Shown here piece by piece: positions 9,624 through 18,686 of a DNA stretch of 64,000 nucleotides (the first letter of the stretch is position 1; each line of letters opens with the position of its first letter). The notes below the pieces were generated by a model. The model was not told the origin of the DNA. It was given only the letters and a program-made list of their open reading frames with translations, and ran no database searches. Origin of the DNA: Alistipes onderdonkii (lineage in GTDB: Bacteria; Bacillota_I; Bacilli_A; RFN20; CAG-288); the NCBI GenBank assembly GCA_963589675.1, contig CAVALL010000002.1, positions 2,067-66,066 on the forward strand, read 5' to 3'. The position numbers and the translations under genes were made by a program.

Positions 9624-10586
9624 TTATTTAAACTGTTGAATGAAGGCAGAGATACAGCTCTTTTTGCTGTTGAGTTCATTGTAGTTAGGATAGACACATA
9701 GTTTGTTTAAGTCGAAGTGTTGATTGAGATTGTGTATCTCTTTTTTCATCTTTTCAATGATGATATCGTTGGATAAGAGTGCACCGGATAGAATGATCTT
9801 CTGTAATGATAAAAGAGAATCTGCGTTAAGAAGAGCAAAGGAGAGGACATGGATGACTTCATCTGCTTTCTTGTCATCATGAAGAAGGATTTCAGTTCCT
9901 TCTTCTTCATTGACATCCTTTTTGATGACGGACATATAAGATATCGTCTCTTCTACGGTCTTATCCTGATAGTAGGTATGACCGAGTTCAGACTGGTTTC
10001 CTAGTGATACTCCGTTTACATAGATAGAGGAACCAACACCAGGACCGTATTTGATGAGAAGGAAGTTTTTGTCTTCTTTATGGTATAAGGAATAGACATC
10101 CGCTAAGCAATCGACATTGTTGATGATGAAGAAGGGAAGAGAGGACTCAGCAATCCTCTTGTATAGCTCCGGATAATTGGATTCCAATGCTTTATTCGAG
10201 GAGGATCCTCTCATTGTGATTCCGATAGCCAGTATTTTTGTTTTAACGCTTTTTGCAAAGTCGGATAAGGAGATATCCTTGCTGTTGACTACTTGAATCA
10301 AGGTAGAGGAGAAATCCATTAATGAATAATAGATATTATGCTTTTTGATATCGATACCGAGGAAACATCCATAGTCAGGATTCAAGAACAGTTTCAGTTC
10401 TTTTCTTCCTACTTTCTGAGCATCATTCTTGTTCTCTAAGACAATCTTTTCTTCCAATAATGGTTTCATGGACAAGGTTAAAGCTGCGTTTGTCAAAGAG
10501 AGTCTCTTCGCTAAAAGAGAACGGGAACTTTCCTTTTCGACAAAAAGGATTCTGATGATGTTTCTTTGAGTATCATTTAAATTCAT
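9624..10586 (-). CDS. ROK-family transcriptional regulator (winged-helix N-term plus ROK sugar-kinase-like domain)
   Basis: Likely start is the internal Met MNLNDTQRNIIRILFVEKESSRS (the ORF-track N-terminal 70 codons overlap the upstream permease gene and are rejected). Last gene of the operon. Confidence 0.65.
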   Translation of the reverse strand: MNLNDTQRNIIRILFVEKESSRSLLAKRLSLTNAALTLSMKPLLEEKIVLENKNDAQKVGRKELKLFLNPDYGCFLGIDIKKHNIYYSLMDFSSTLIQVVNSKDISLSDFAKSVKTKILAIGITMRGSSSNKALESNYPELYKRIAESSLPFFIINNVDCLADVYSLYHKEDKNFLLIKYGPGVGSSIYVNGVSLGNQSELGHTYYQDKTVEETISYMSVIKKDVNEEEGTEILLHDDKKADEVIHVLSFALLNADSLLSLQKIILSGALLSNDIIIEKMKKEIHNLNQHFDLNKLCVYPNYNELNSKKSCISAFIQQFK

Positions 10587-11302
10587 GGCAGTAATAGTGT
10601 AACACCGGAAATAAGCAAAAGAACACAAGTAATCTTCATGAATAGCTTTTTTGATAGCTTTGGTGCGATAAGGGAACCAAGAACCAAGGAAATGACTGTG
10701 ACACCAGCACCAATTCCAAAGAGTATCCAAGTATGGGAAGTGAATACTCCTTCTATCATTTCTGTTGTGAAGATCATGGAGTTCAGAATAATCCACAACA
10801 GAGATAGCGTGGAACGGAATTTATTTTTGTCCTTCAGTTCATGAAGTGCGTAGATGACAACGAAGGGACCTCCGGAAACATAGAGTTTATGAATGATTCC
10901 GCCTAAAAAGAGGAAGATGAGCATCAGCCATTTCGGAAGGGATACCTTTTCAAAGTCGATGAGGAAGAATACGATGGCAATCACAATGACAATCGCACCA
11001 TAGATGTATAAGAGTATCTTGCTTTCGATTGGAATCATTTCGACAAGATATCCGACACCGAAACCGATGCCGACAGTAAGGATGATAACTAGGAACTGTT
11101 TCCAGTCGATATCCTTGAAGTGAGCGATGACAACATAGACGGAGACAAGAAGAGCGACAAGATTTAAAACAGGCTTAGCAGTTTCGGATCCTTCTAACTT
11201 CAAGGAAAGAGGCATAGCTAATGCTGTGCCTGCAAATCCGGTAATCGTCTGAATGATATTGCTTATGAAGATGATTAGGATAAATAAAGCATCATATAAC
11301 AT
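10583..11302 (-). CDS. TauE/SafE (TSUP) family sulfonate/anion exporter-type membrane protein
   Basis: 239 aa, ~8 TM, Gly-rich repeated halves typical of the TSUP family. Position within the sulfoglycolysis-like operon. Confidence 0.65.
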   Translation of the reverse strand: MLYDALFILIIFISNIIQTITGFAGTALAMPLSLKLEGSETAKPVLNLVALLVSVYVVIAHFKDIDWKQFLVIILTVGIGFGVGYLVEMIPIESKILLYIYGAIVIVIAIVFFLIDFEKVSLPKWLMLIFLFLGGIIHKLYVSGGPFVVIYALHELKDKNKFRSTLSLLWIILNSMIFTTEMIEGVFTSHTWILFGIGAGVTVISLVLGSLIAPKLSKKLFMKITCVLLLISGVTLLLP

Positions 11303-11304
11303 GA

Positions 11305-11922
11305 CTAATATTCGACCTTGATGTTTTCTCCGACAATTCCAACGTATGCGCCCAAGGTTGCTTGTTTACTATCCTTGTGTGCTAAAAGCCATTTATTGAC
11401 TTTCCATAGTGTCTTATCATCAACATCCTGATCTAAGTCCATATTGGTCTTATCGGAAAGGATGATCGCACATCGAAAACCATTATCGTTTAGTTTGCAT
11501 GGCGAGAAGTGCATTGTGTAGGGGTAGAGACAGACAGCCTCTCCCTTTTTGACTAAAAAGGCTTCTACATCTTTGGAATCTAAGATTCCGTCTTTTAAAT
11601 CCTTTGGTCTTGCCAATAGGAGAACCAAATCATCGGCTGCGATGTCGACTTCTGGACAGGCATGATATTCCATGCAGTTGAGAAGTGAATTGTATCCGTT
11701 GCAGTATCCGATTTCGATATCTCCTAGGCCATAGATTTTCTCATGGATTTCATGAATGCCAGCAAGTGTCATCATATTCTTGTCATAACGTACATAGATA
11801 TTGTTCTCTTTTGGCATCTCTGCTTTCTCTTTCAGATAAGAGACGATCTCATCTGTGTTCAAAGAGAGGACATATCCGTAATCCTGAAACTCAGGATCAG
11901 TAACATTTCGTATTTTCATCAA
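11305..11922 (-). CDS. DUF4867-like conserved hypothetical protein
   Basis: 205 aa. From memory, family membership is usually found beside L-fucose-isomerase-like genes, as here. Overlaps the upstream gene by ~26 nt, which suggests translational coupling. Confidence 0.5.
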   Translation of the reverse strand: MMKIRNVTDPEFQDYGYVLSLNTDEIVSYLKEKAEMPKENNIYVRYDKNMMTLAGIHEIHEKIYGLGDIEIGYCNGYNSLLNCMEYHACPEVDIAADDLVLLLARPKDLKDGILDSKDVEAFLVKKGEAVCLYPYTMHFSPCKLNDNGFRCAIILSDKTNMDLDQDVDDKTLWKVNKWLLAHKDSKQATLGAYVGIVGENIKVEY

Positions 11923-13228
11923 GTATCTCCCAATTCATAAGCTTGGCTAAATATCTCATTGCCTTCTTATACTGAACATATCCCATGATGACATGGTGAG
12001 CAACACCGGTATAGGCGACTGTATCAATCACTTCATTGATCGGACGGTCAAAGACTACTTTTGCATAGGTTCCGGAGAGATCCTTTGTCATCTCAAAGGC
12101 TTCTCCTTCTTCGTAATAGATTCTAGTCTTTCCTCTCGCGGTATCGATTCTAAGAATGGACACCTTTCCAGGCTTCAAGACAAAGTCGGCTGTGACACCT
12201 TTTCCACCGGCAAAATAGGTCTCTAAGGAACGATTGCAGTGATGATCCCATAAGTTGCAAGGGGCAACACCATCATGCCAGAGAAGGGCGTAGTTCTCTT
12301 CATAATTGACCTGAGACAAGTCGGCCATAAAGGGAGTCTCTTCACCAGCAGCTCTTACTGCGACCATGCTTAAAGCAGCTTCGATATCACCTTCACAGGC
12401 TAATAGGATTCCTCTAGACTGCAATACAGACATCATTGCGCAAGGAGAGACACCGTAGTTCTTGGCAAATTCTGGCCAACAGCGGATAGCGACAACATCC
12501 AATCCCTTCTCTTTCATGAATTTCTCAGAGACGACAATGAGACGGGAAACCTGTCTGACCTGATAGTCAGTAAGCTTATGACAATCAAAGAGTTCTCTTA
12601 GATTCTTTTCTTCTCTGTCGATCTCTTCCTCTGTTGCTTCACCGCCGAAGAAGTCAGAAAGTTCATAATGGGAAATTAGGACACCGAGTTCCTTATAGAG
12701 ATGGAGCTCATCCACTCCGACGTTGTAGAAACCCTGTGCGTGATATCCAATCAATCCGACATTAGAATTCTCAAGCGCAGTCTTCATTTTGATTGCCTTC
12801 ACCCAGTCGTGATCGATGTCATCACCGACATAGACAATGAAATCATCGACTCCGCCTTTGAATAGGTTGGAGGCGTTGAGATTGACACCGCAAACAGCGT
12901 TCAGTCTAATCTTTCCGCCGTTGTAGGGAAGTTCATTATATCCCTGAAGGAGGAAAGGACGTTTGACGATGTTGTGAAGGATAAGAGCCAATCCACCAAG
13001 GTGGAAAGTAGCGGAGACGACAACAACAGCATCGACGTGTTTTTCAACAAAGTAAGTTCCGGCTTTCTGTGCTTCGCCCGGTTCGATGACCATCTCAGGA
13101 TAGTAGACCCAGTCGACACTTGTATCTTCCATGACCTTCTTGCTTCTCTCTTGGTAGAGCTGGAAGGCTGTTTCATAATCGAAAGTCTTTCTGACTAAGC
13201 AGACAATACCGATAATTGGTTTTCTCAT
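11897..13228 (-). CDS. L-fucose/L-arabinose isomerase-like family protein; candidate sulfoquinovose (aldose-ketose) isomerase
   Basis: 443 aa. N-terminal MRKPIIGIVCLV... Rossmann-like sugar-isomerase fold pattern and CEGDIEAALSM-type motif. RBS GAGGT upstream. Assignment to the sulfo-TAL SftI-type rests on context. Confidence 0.55.
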   Translation of the reverse strand: MRKPIIGIVCLVRKTFDYETAFQLYQERSKKVMEDTSVDWVYYPEMVIEPGEAQKAGTYFVEKHVDAVVVVSATFHLGGLALILHNIVKRPFLLQGYNELPYNGGKIRLNAVCGVNLNASNLFKGGVDDFIVYVGDDIDHDWVKAIKMKTALENSNVGLIGYHAQGFYNVGVDELHLYKELGVLISHYELSDFFGGEATEEEIDREEKNLRELFDCHKLTDYQVRQVSRLIVVSEKFMKEKGLDVVAIRCWPEFAKNYGVSPCAMMSVLQSRGILLACEGDIEAALSMVAVRAAGEETPFMADLSQVNYEENYALLWHDGVAPCNLWDHHCNRSLETYFAGGKGVTADFVLKPGKVSILRIDTARGKTRIYYEEGEAFEMTKDLSGTYAKVVFDRPINEVIDTVAYTGVAHHVIMGYVQYKKAMRYLAKLMNWEILDENTKCY

Positions 13229-13230
13229 GA

Positions 13231-14067
13231 TTATTTGACCTCATTGACAACTTTATAGGAGGCGGAGAAGTCTTCTTTTGCAAGTCCTTCTTCCATCGCC
13301 TTCTCATAGACTCTGACTACATTATTCAGTCCAGGGCATTCTTTCTTGATGTCTTCTGCCATTTCCTTGGCAAAGTGGACATCTTTGTTCATGTTCTCGA
13401 CAGAGAATGCAGTTGGATAAGTATTGTTGATGATGTTGTTAGCCTTGGTATCGAGATAGAAGCAGGAAGCACCGCCATAACCGAAAGCTGTCACGACTTC
13501 TTCCTGGTTCAATCCTAATGCCTTTGCTAGTCCAAGAATCTCGTTTACACCATTCTGAATCTCACCGACAAGAGCATTGTGAAGGATCTTCATCTGAAGA
13601 CCAGCGCCATGACTTCCCATGTAGATGATATTTTTTCCCATGCAGGAGAGAATTTCCTTTACTTTCTCATAGGTGTCACGATTTCCGCCGACATAGATTC
13701 CTAATTCACCTTTGACTGCGGCAGGCTGTGATTTGACAACAGGGCAGTCAAGAAGTTCAACACCTGTTCCTTCTAAGTCTCTTGCAACTTGCTGATTGGT
13801 GTTAGGAGAGATTGTGGACATATCGATCCAAATCTGACCTTTTCTTAGGAAAGGCTTGATCTCTTTGTAGAGGGAAAGCATATGTTCATTCTTCGGAACC
13901 ATGGAGATGATGACATCAGCAAAGCCAACACATTCCTTGTAGGAAGAGGCAAAGGGGAAGGATGTATCCTTTTTGATGACATCATAACCGATCAGATCAT
14001 ATTTCTTGCTGACATTATTTGCCATTGGCATACCCATGATGCCGAGACCGATGAATGCTACTTTCAT
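13231..14067 (-). CDS. 3-hydroxyisobutyrate-dehydrogenase family NAD(P) oxidoreductase; candidate 3-sulfolactaldehyde reductase (YihU-like)
   Basis: Start revised to MKVAFIGLGIMGMPMANN (dinucleotide-binding fingerprint) with RBS GAAAGGAAAC. The ORF-track start at 14109 overlaps the upstream gene. Confidence 0.65.
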   Translation of the reverse strand: MKVAFIGLGIMGMPMANNVSKKYDLIGYDVIKKDTSFPFASSYKECVGFADVIISMVPKNEHMLSLYKEIKPFLRKGQIWIDMSTISPNTNQQVARDLEGTGVELLDCPVVKSQPAAVKGELGIYVGGNRDTYEKVKEILSCMGKNIIYMGSHGAGLQMKILHNALVGEIQNGVNEILGLAKALGLNQEEVVTAFGYGGASCFYLDTKANNIINNTYPTAFSVENMNKDVHFAKEMAEDIKKECPGLNNVVRVYEKAMEEGLAKEDFSASYKVVNEVK

Positions 14068-14068
14068 T

Positions 14069-14749
14069 TTAGTTTCCTTTCGTATGATCCCAGGCGTTTT
14101 GGAAAACACCTAAGCCATAAGTGGTGAAGGGATGATTGAAGCTGTCTTCATAGACGGCAAGACCGGCAGTGACAATATCAGCTCCCATTTCAGCGGCATC
14201 GGCAATCTGCTTGCCATTTCTGACAGCGGCGACAATGATTTCAGTTTTGTATCCTTTTTCTTTATAGATGTTGACTAACTGAGACATATAAGGATAGGTG
14301 TCTTCACCGTTGTTCTCTTTCCATCCGACAAACGGAGAGACAAACTTGGCACCGATTCTACCGGCCTGGATAGCCTGAGAAGGAGAGAAGACAAGAGTGA
14401 CATTGGTTCTGACACCCTGCTTTTCAAGCTGGAGTGCAGCTTTGACACCCTCTGTTGTGCAAGGAATCTTGATGACGAAGTTTTCACAGAGTGCAGAAAT
14501 CTTCTTTGCTTCACGGATCATGTCTTCGGCATTATCTAAATGCGGATTGATCTCAACAGAGACAGGGAACTTCTCCATGCCGATAAGGTCATTCTCTTTG
14601 AGCCATTCTGCGATATCGTGGATAGCGACAAGGAACGGTTTTCCGGAAGCCATGATGTGCTTCGGATTGGTTGTGACACCATCGATGGCATAATTCTGAT
14701 AGGCGTAATCGATTTCATCTAACTTAGCTGAATCAAGAAAATATTTCAT
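14069..14749 (-). CDS. fructose-6-phosphate aldolase/transaldolase (TalC/FSA) family; candidate 6-deoxy-6-sulfofructose transaldolase
   Basis: 226 aa. Schiff-base lysine context NFVIKIPCTTEG. A second paralog of the same family at 49530..50189 is the likely housekeeping tal. Confidence 0.65.
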   Translation of the reverse strand: MKYFLDSAKLDEIDYAYQNYAIDGVTTNPKHIMASGKPFLVAIHDIAEWLKENDLIGMEKFPVSVEINPHLDNAEDMIREAKKISALCENFVIKIPCTTEGVKAALQLEKQGVRTNVTLVFSPSQAIQAGRIGAKFVSPFVGWKENNGEDTYPYMSQLVNIYKEKGYKTEIIVAAVRNGKQIADAAEMGADIVTAGLAVYEDSFNHPFTTYGLGVFQNAWDHTKGN

Positions 14750-14768
14750 TGTGTTTTCCTCCTATTTC

Positions 14769-16730
14769 TTAATTTATCTTTTCAAACAATAATCTGTATG
14801 GGCTGTCTTTTCTGTAGAAGGCGATTGGTAATCCGATTGGAGAATCAATCTCTCCTTCACCGGACGGAATTTCTTTATTGGTGAAGAACTGAATCCATTC
14901 ACCTTTTGGTAGATAATACTTATGCATTGTCTCATTCGGTCTTAATACAGGCGATACGACGATATCACTTCCGAACATGAATTCTTTTTTGTTCACGTAG
15001 GCCTCTTTCTCATCATAGTGGAAGAAGAGAGGACGGATCATCGGAGTGTGATTTCTGTAATATTCTTCGTATACCGCTTCTCTGTATTCCTTTAAGGCGA
15101 CAAAGTATCTTGTGTTGTTGATGAATTCATCATATGTATCTTTGTCATCATATTGAACATTGTTCTTTGGCTGATTGCCTTCATGTGTTCTGAAGACGGG
15201 CGTAAAGACATTCATCTCGGACCAACGGTTGAAGAGTTCTGCATTTCTCTTCATAGGATATAGGGCAGTGATTGTCGTATATCCCCCGATATCGGAGTGG
15301 ATGACACCAGCACCAGAGCACGCTAATGAGATAGTGGCTGGGATAACGGATCCTAAACCGTATTCATCCGAGAAGTCGACATGCTGATCACCATTCCACA
15401 TGGAGTTGGTGTATTGGAAGGTGTGTCCATAGGCAGCTCTTGAGAAGAAGAAACATTCATCTTCCTTTCTGCATTCTTTGACAGCATCGTAATTGCACTT
15501 TGCCCACATAGTTGGCCAACGGTTATGAAGTTTTTCGCTTTCTCCACCATAGCAGACGGAATCAGTAGGCAAGTATTCACCGAAGTCTGCCATCCATCCG
15601 GAAAGTCCATATTCGATCATGTTCTTCTTAATGATATCGATATACCATCTCTTTGCAGAAGGATTGGTCAAGTCCACGATACCGGCATTGAATGTGGTGG
15701 ACTTGATGTGATAGACCGAGCCATCCTTATGACGGATCAGGAATCCTTTCTTCTTTGCTTCCAGATATTGAGGTCCGCCCTCTTTTAGGAATGTGTTGAT
15801 ATATCCTAAGAATCTTACCCCTTCTGAATTCAGTTTCCTTATGATCTCTTTTAGATTAGGATAGAGTTTCTCATCCGCTTCCCAGTTCCAGAAAACCTGA
15901 TATCCGAAGCTGGTCACAACATTTCCACACCAATCCTGACACCAGATTCCGGCTATCTTCAATCCTTTTTTCTTTGCTTCTTCGTATTTCTTCAAAAGGA
16001 TTTCACTTCCGCCTTGTATGGCAAGTATGACACCATCATTTACCCAGGAAGGAACTTTTGGCTGGAAACCGATTAATTTTGATACTTCTTGTGATAGTTC
16101 CAAAAGGGAATCAGCACATAGCAAGGAAATAGACTGAGGCACCTGTCTGAATTTGATGAGGAGTTCATCTTTCTTAAAGGATAAGAATCCGTATGTATCT
16201 TCATGGCAATAGAATGCATATCCTTTGGAAGAGAAGAAAGAAGGCGTTGAACAATAGGTCTGATGGTCTTTATAGGGAGCCTGATAGTCAGGATCTGGAC
16301 CATGCAGTCTTTCACTGATCTGTTTCTTTACAATCTTCATGACTTGCTGGTGCTCACTGACCCAAATCGGAACGTCTTTTCCTTTTAGGTCTAATGTTGA
16401 GTACTGTTCACCACAGCCATAGATATGTTCATCTTCAAATGTCTTGAAACGGAGGGTGAAACGATTGTATCCAGGATCGACATGGAAATGGAATTTGATC
16501 CAGGGATCCTTGTCTACAATGATCTCAGCCTGTACTTTTCCATCGGTGAAGATGTACCGGTTTCCATCCTGGAAAGAGAAAGTCAGCTTTCTTCTATCGA
16601 CAATATGATCCTTTGTAGTGAAAGAACCACGTTTCATCTTGTACTTTGCTTTACCCTTGCCAATGGTAAGATAACATTCTCCATTCGTCAGTTGGTCTAA
16701 GAAGTACTGATACATTTCTTCTTTGTTCAT
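14769..16730 (-). CDS. glycoside hydrolase family 31, YihQ-like; candidate sulfoquinovosidase
   Basis: GH31 catalytic region GWMADFGEYLP (nucleophile Asp) and HSDIGGY (acid/base region). WCQDWCGNVVTSFGYQVFWNW segment. Start taken at MNKEEMYQ after RBS GAGGAAGGA (the ORF-track start at 16748 lies inside the RBS). First gene of the operon. Confidence 0.65.
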   Translation of the reverse strand: MNKEEMYQYFLDQLTNGECYLTIGKGKAKYKMKRGSFTTKDHIVDRRKLTFSFQDGNRYIFTDGKVQAEIIVDKDPWIKFHFHVDPGYNRFTLRFKTFEDEHIYGCGEQYSTLDLKGKDVPIWVSEHQQVMKIVKKQISERLHGPDPDYQAPYKDHQTYCSTPSFFSSKGYAFYCHEDTYGFLSFKKDELLIKFRQVPQSISLLCADSLLELSQEVSKLIGFQPKVPSWVNDGVILAIQGGSEILLKKYEEAKKKGLKIAGIWCQDWCGNVVTSFGYQVFWNWEADEKLYPNLKEIIRKLNSEGVRFLGYINTFLKEGGPQYLEAKKKGFLIRHKDGSVYHIKSTTFNAGIVDLTNPSAKRWYIDIIKKNMIEYGLSGWMADFGEYLPTDSVCYGGESEKLHNRWPTMWAKCNYDAVKECRKEDECFFFSRAAYGHTFQYTNSMWNGDQHVDFSDEYGLGSVIPATISLACSGAGVIHSDIGGYTTITALYPMKRNAELFNRWSEMNVFTPVFRTHEGNQPKNNVQYDDKDTYDEFINNTRYFVALKEYREAVYEEYYRNHTPMIRPLFFHYDEKEAYVNKKEFMFGSDIVVSPVLRPNETMHKYYLPKGEWIQFFTNKEIPSGEGEIDSPIGLPIAFYRKDSPYRLLFEKIN

Positions 16731-17265
16731 ATGGGCATCCTTCCTCATCGCTTTATCAATTAATTAAGTGACTTAAAAAATTATAGAATGAAAAGGAAAC
16801 AAAGGCAATATATTTTTGTAAATGTTATATAGGATAAGAATGCAACAAAATTGAGATTAGTCTGTGTTTTAGGCAAAAAATAGGAAAAATAAGAATTATT
16901 GCTGTTTTTTGCGCCTTTTGTAATCTGACGTTTAAAGCGAAGAATACGCCAATACAAAGATTTGCATTGGCGTATGTTCTATTGATGGTGACGCATTCTG
17001 CCTTGTATTCAAACTTTTATTTGAATGTCTTTGGTTGTTATTTGTACCGGTTTACTTTCACCATAGAATATGAAATGTTCTTTTCATTCGTTTCTATTGG
17101 ACCAGTATTGTAATTTGATTCAAAAGCAACTTTAAAATCAATATGTGCAACATTTCAATTTATTTTGTTTCACATTTCTATGTATAGGCTAAATTCTAAT
17201 AACAACAATAGATAATTTTGGAATATAAAAATTTACTTTGTCTATGATGTTACTTATGTTTATTC

Positions 17266-17300
17266 AAACAATAAAAAATCTGATACCGGAGTACCAGAGG
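17266..17300 (-). terminator. rho-independent terminator downstream of the tRNA-Arg gene
   Basis: Minus strand: CUGGUAC-UCCG-GUAUCAG hairpin followed by AUUUUUUAUUGUUUG. Confidence 0.65.
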
Positions 17301-17313
17301 TTATGATTGAAAT

Positions 17314-17390
17314 GGTGACCCTGAAGAGATTCGAACTCTTGACCCTCTGATTCGAAGTCAGGTACTCTATCCAGCTGAGCTACAGGGCCA
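17314..17390 (-). tRNA. tRNA-Arg, anticodon TCG by manual folding
   Basis: 77 nt. GGCCCUG acceptor stem, UAGCUCAGCUGGAUAGAGUA D-arm (identical to E. coli tRNA-Arg), anticodon loop CUUCGAA, T-loop GGUUCGAAUC-like (GAGUUCGAAUCUC), encoded 3' CCA. Confidence 0.75.
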
Positions 17391-17579
17391 CGTGACTATT
17401 ATTATCTCATTTTCATCTATGATTTTGAACATAATTTTTGATTCTGCATTATATGATGAATGGAATAATATTTCTTAGTTTTTATGTTATCTATATAGGA
17501 TATTGAGTAATGTTGATGAATAATGCCTGTGATAGTCGTGTAACAAAAATGAAATTATGTAACATTTCTTTCTATAGTG

Positions 17580-17608
17580 TTGAAAGTTGAACAAAGTTCG
17601 GTAAAATA
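17580..17608 (+). promoter_or_regulatory. sigma-A type promoter for the hydroxyacyl-CoA dehydrogenase gene
   Basis: TTGAAA-(16/17)-TAAAAT about 30 nt upstream of the RBS AAAGGAG. Confidence 0.45.
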
Positions 17609-17636
17609 ATTTTGTATGAAAAAGGAGAATGCATAC

Positions 17637-18605
17637 ATGAATATCAAAAAGGTAGTAGTTGCTGGTGGTGGTGTTTTGGGTAGCCAGATTGCTTTCCAAG
17701 CCGCTTACTGGGGATTTGATGTCACCATTTGGCTCAGAAGTGAAGGAAGCATCAAGCGCACACAGCCTAAGATCGACCATCTTAAAGAGACCTATTTGGC
17801 TGACATTGAGAAGATGAAAACGGCCGTTAAGGATTCTGCTGATTGGTGCCGTGGCTTTGCTGAAGGCGATGCTTTTGATGCGGATAAGGCAGTGGAAAGA
17901 ACATTGGCTGCCTATAACAACCTCAAACTAGAGTTGGATATGAAGAAGGCGGTTGAGGATGCTGACCTTGTCATCGAATCCATGGCTGAAGATGCCGATG
18001 CAAAGATCTCTTTCTATAAGGCTCTTGCTCCTCTTCTTCCAGAAAAGACCATCTTAGTCACCAATTCATCCACCCTTCTCCCTTCTCAGTTTGCAAAGTA
18101 TACCGGTAGACCTAGTAAATACCTTTCCCTCCATTTTGCCAATACCATTTGGAAGAACAATACAGCTGAGGTCATGGTTCAGGGACAGACAGACCGCAAG
18201 TACTTCGATGAGGTCACTGAATTCGCCAATGCAATCCATATGATTGCTCTTCCTGTCTTAAAGGAGAAGAGTGGATATCTTCTCAACTCTATGTTGGTTC
18301 CTTTCCTCTTATCCGGCCTTGATTTATATGCAAATGGTGTTTCTGATCCTCAAAGCATCGACCTTGCTTGGACAAAGGGAACCGGTGCACCGAAGGGACC
18401 TTTCCAGATCTTTGATACGGTCGGTCTTAACACCGCATACAACATTGTCATGCAGTATCAGAAAGTTCCTGGATTATTCACTCCTCTTCTTAGAAAGATG
18501 ATGATGCCATACAATTTCAAAGCGATGGCTAAGATCTTGAAAGAGTACATCGATGCCGGTAAGTTAGGCATGTCCGCAGGCGAAGGATTCTATAAGTACA
18601 AATAA
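17637..18605 (+). CDS. 3-hydroxyacyl-CoA (3-hydroxybutyryl-CoA) dehydrogenase family protein
   Basis: Start at MNIKKVVVAGGGVLGSQIA (GxGxxG) after RBS AAAGGAG. C-terminal domain of the family (GFYKY). Confidence 0.65.
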   Translation: MNIKKVVVAGGGVLGSQIAFQAAYWGFDVTIWLRSEGSIKRTQPKIDHLKETYLADIEKMKTAVKDSADWCRGFAEGDAFDADKAVERTLAAYNNLKLELDMKKAVEDADLVIESMAEDADAKISFYKALAPLLPEKTILVTNSSTLLPSQFAKYTGRPSKYLSLHFANTIWKNNTAEVMVQGQTDRKYFDEVTEFANAIHMIALPVLKEKSGYLLNSMLVPFLLSGLDLYANGVSDPQSIDLAWTKGTGAPKGPFQIFDTVGLNTAYNIVMQYQKVPGLFTPLLRKMMMPYNFKAMAKILKEYIDAGKLGMSAGEGFYKYK

Positions 18606-18611
18606 ACGAAT

Positions 18612-18640
18612 AAAGGAGTGGCGTGCGCCACTCCTTTTTA
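18612..18640. terminator. bidirectional terminator between hbd-like gene and the TetR gene
   Basis: aaaggagtggcgtgcgccactccttttt. Confidence 0.7.
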
Positions 18641-18686
18641 AACATATGTTTATATATACAACAAAGTATATCTATATTTATCAATA

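Noticed and set aside
10587-10796. 70-codon N-terminal extension of the ROK regulator ORF
   Set aside because: It overlaps the 3' end of the TauE-family gene in another frame. The internal Met gives a canonical ROK N-terminus.
13882-14127. 81-aa plus-strand ORF bridging the reductase/transaldolase junction
   Set aside because: It is antisense to two tightly packed operon genes.
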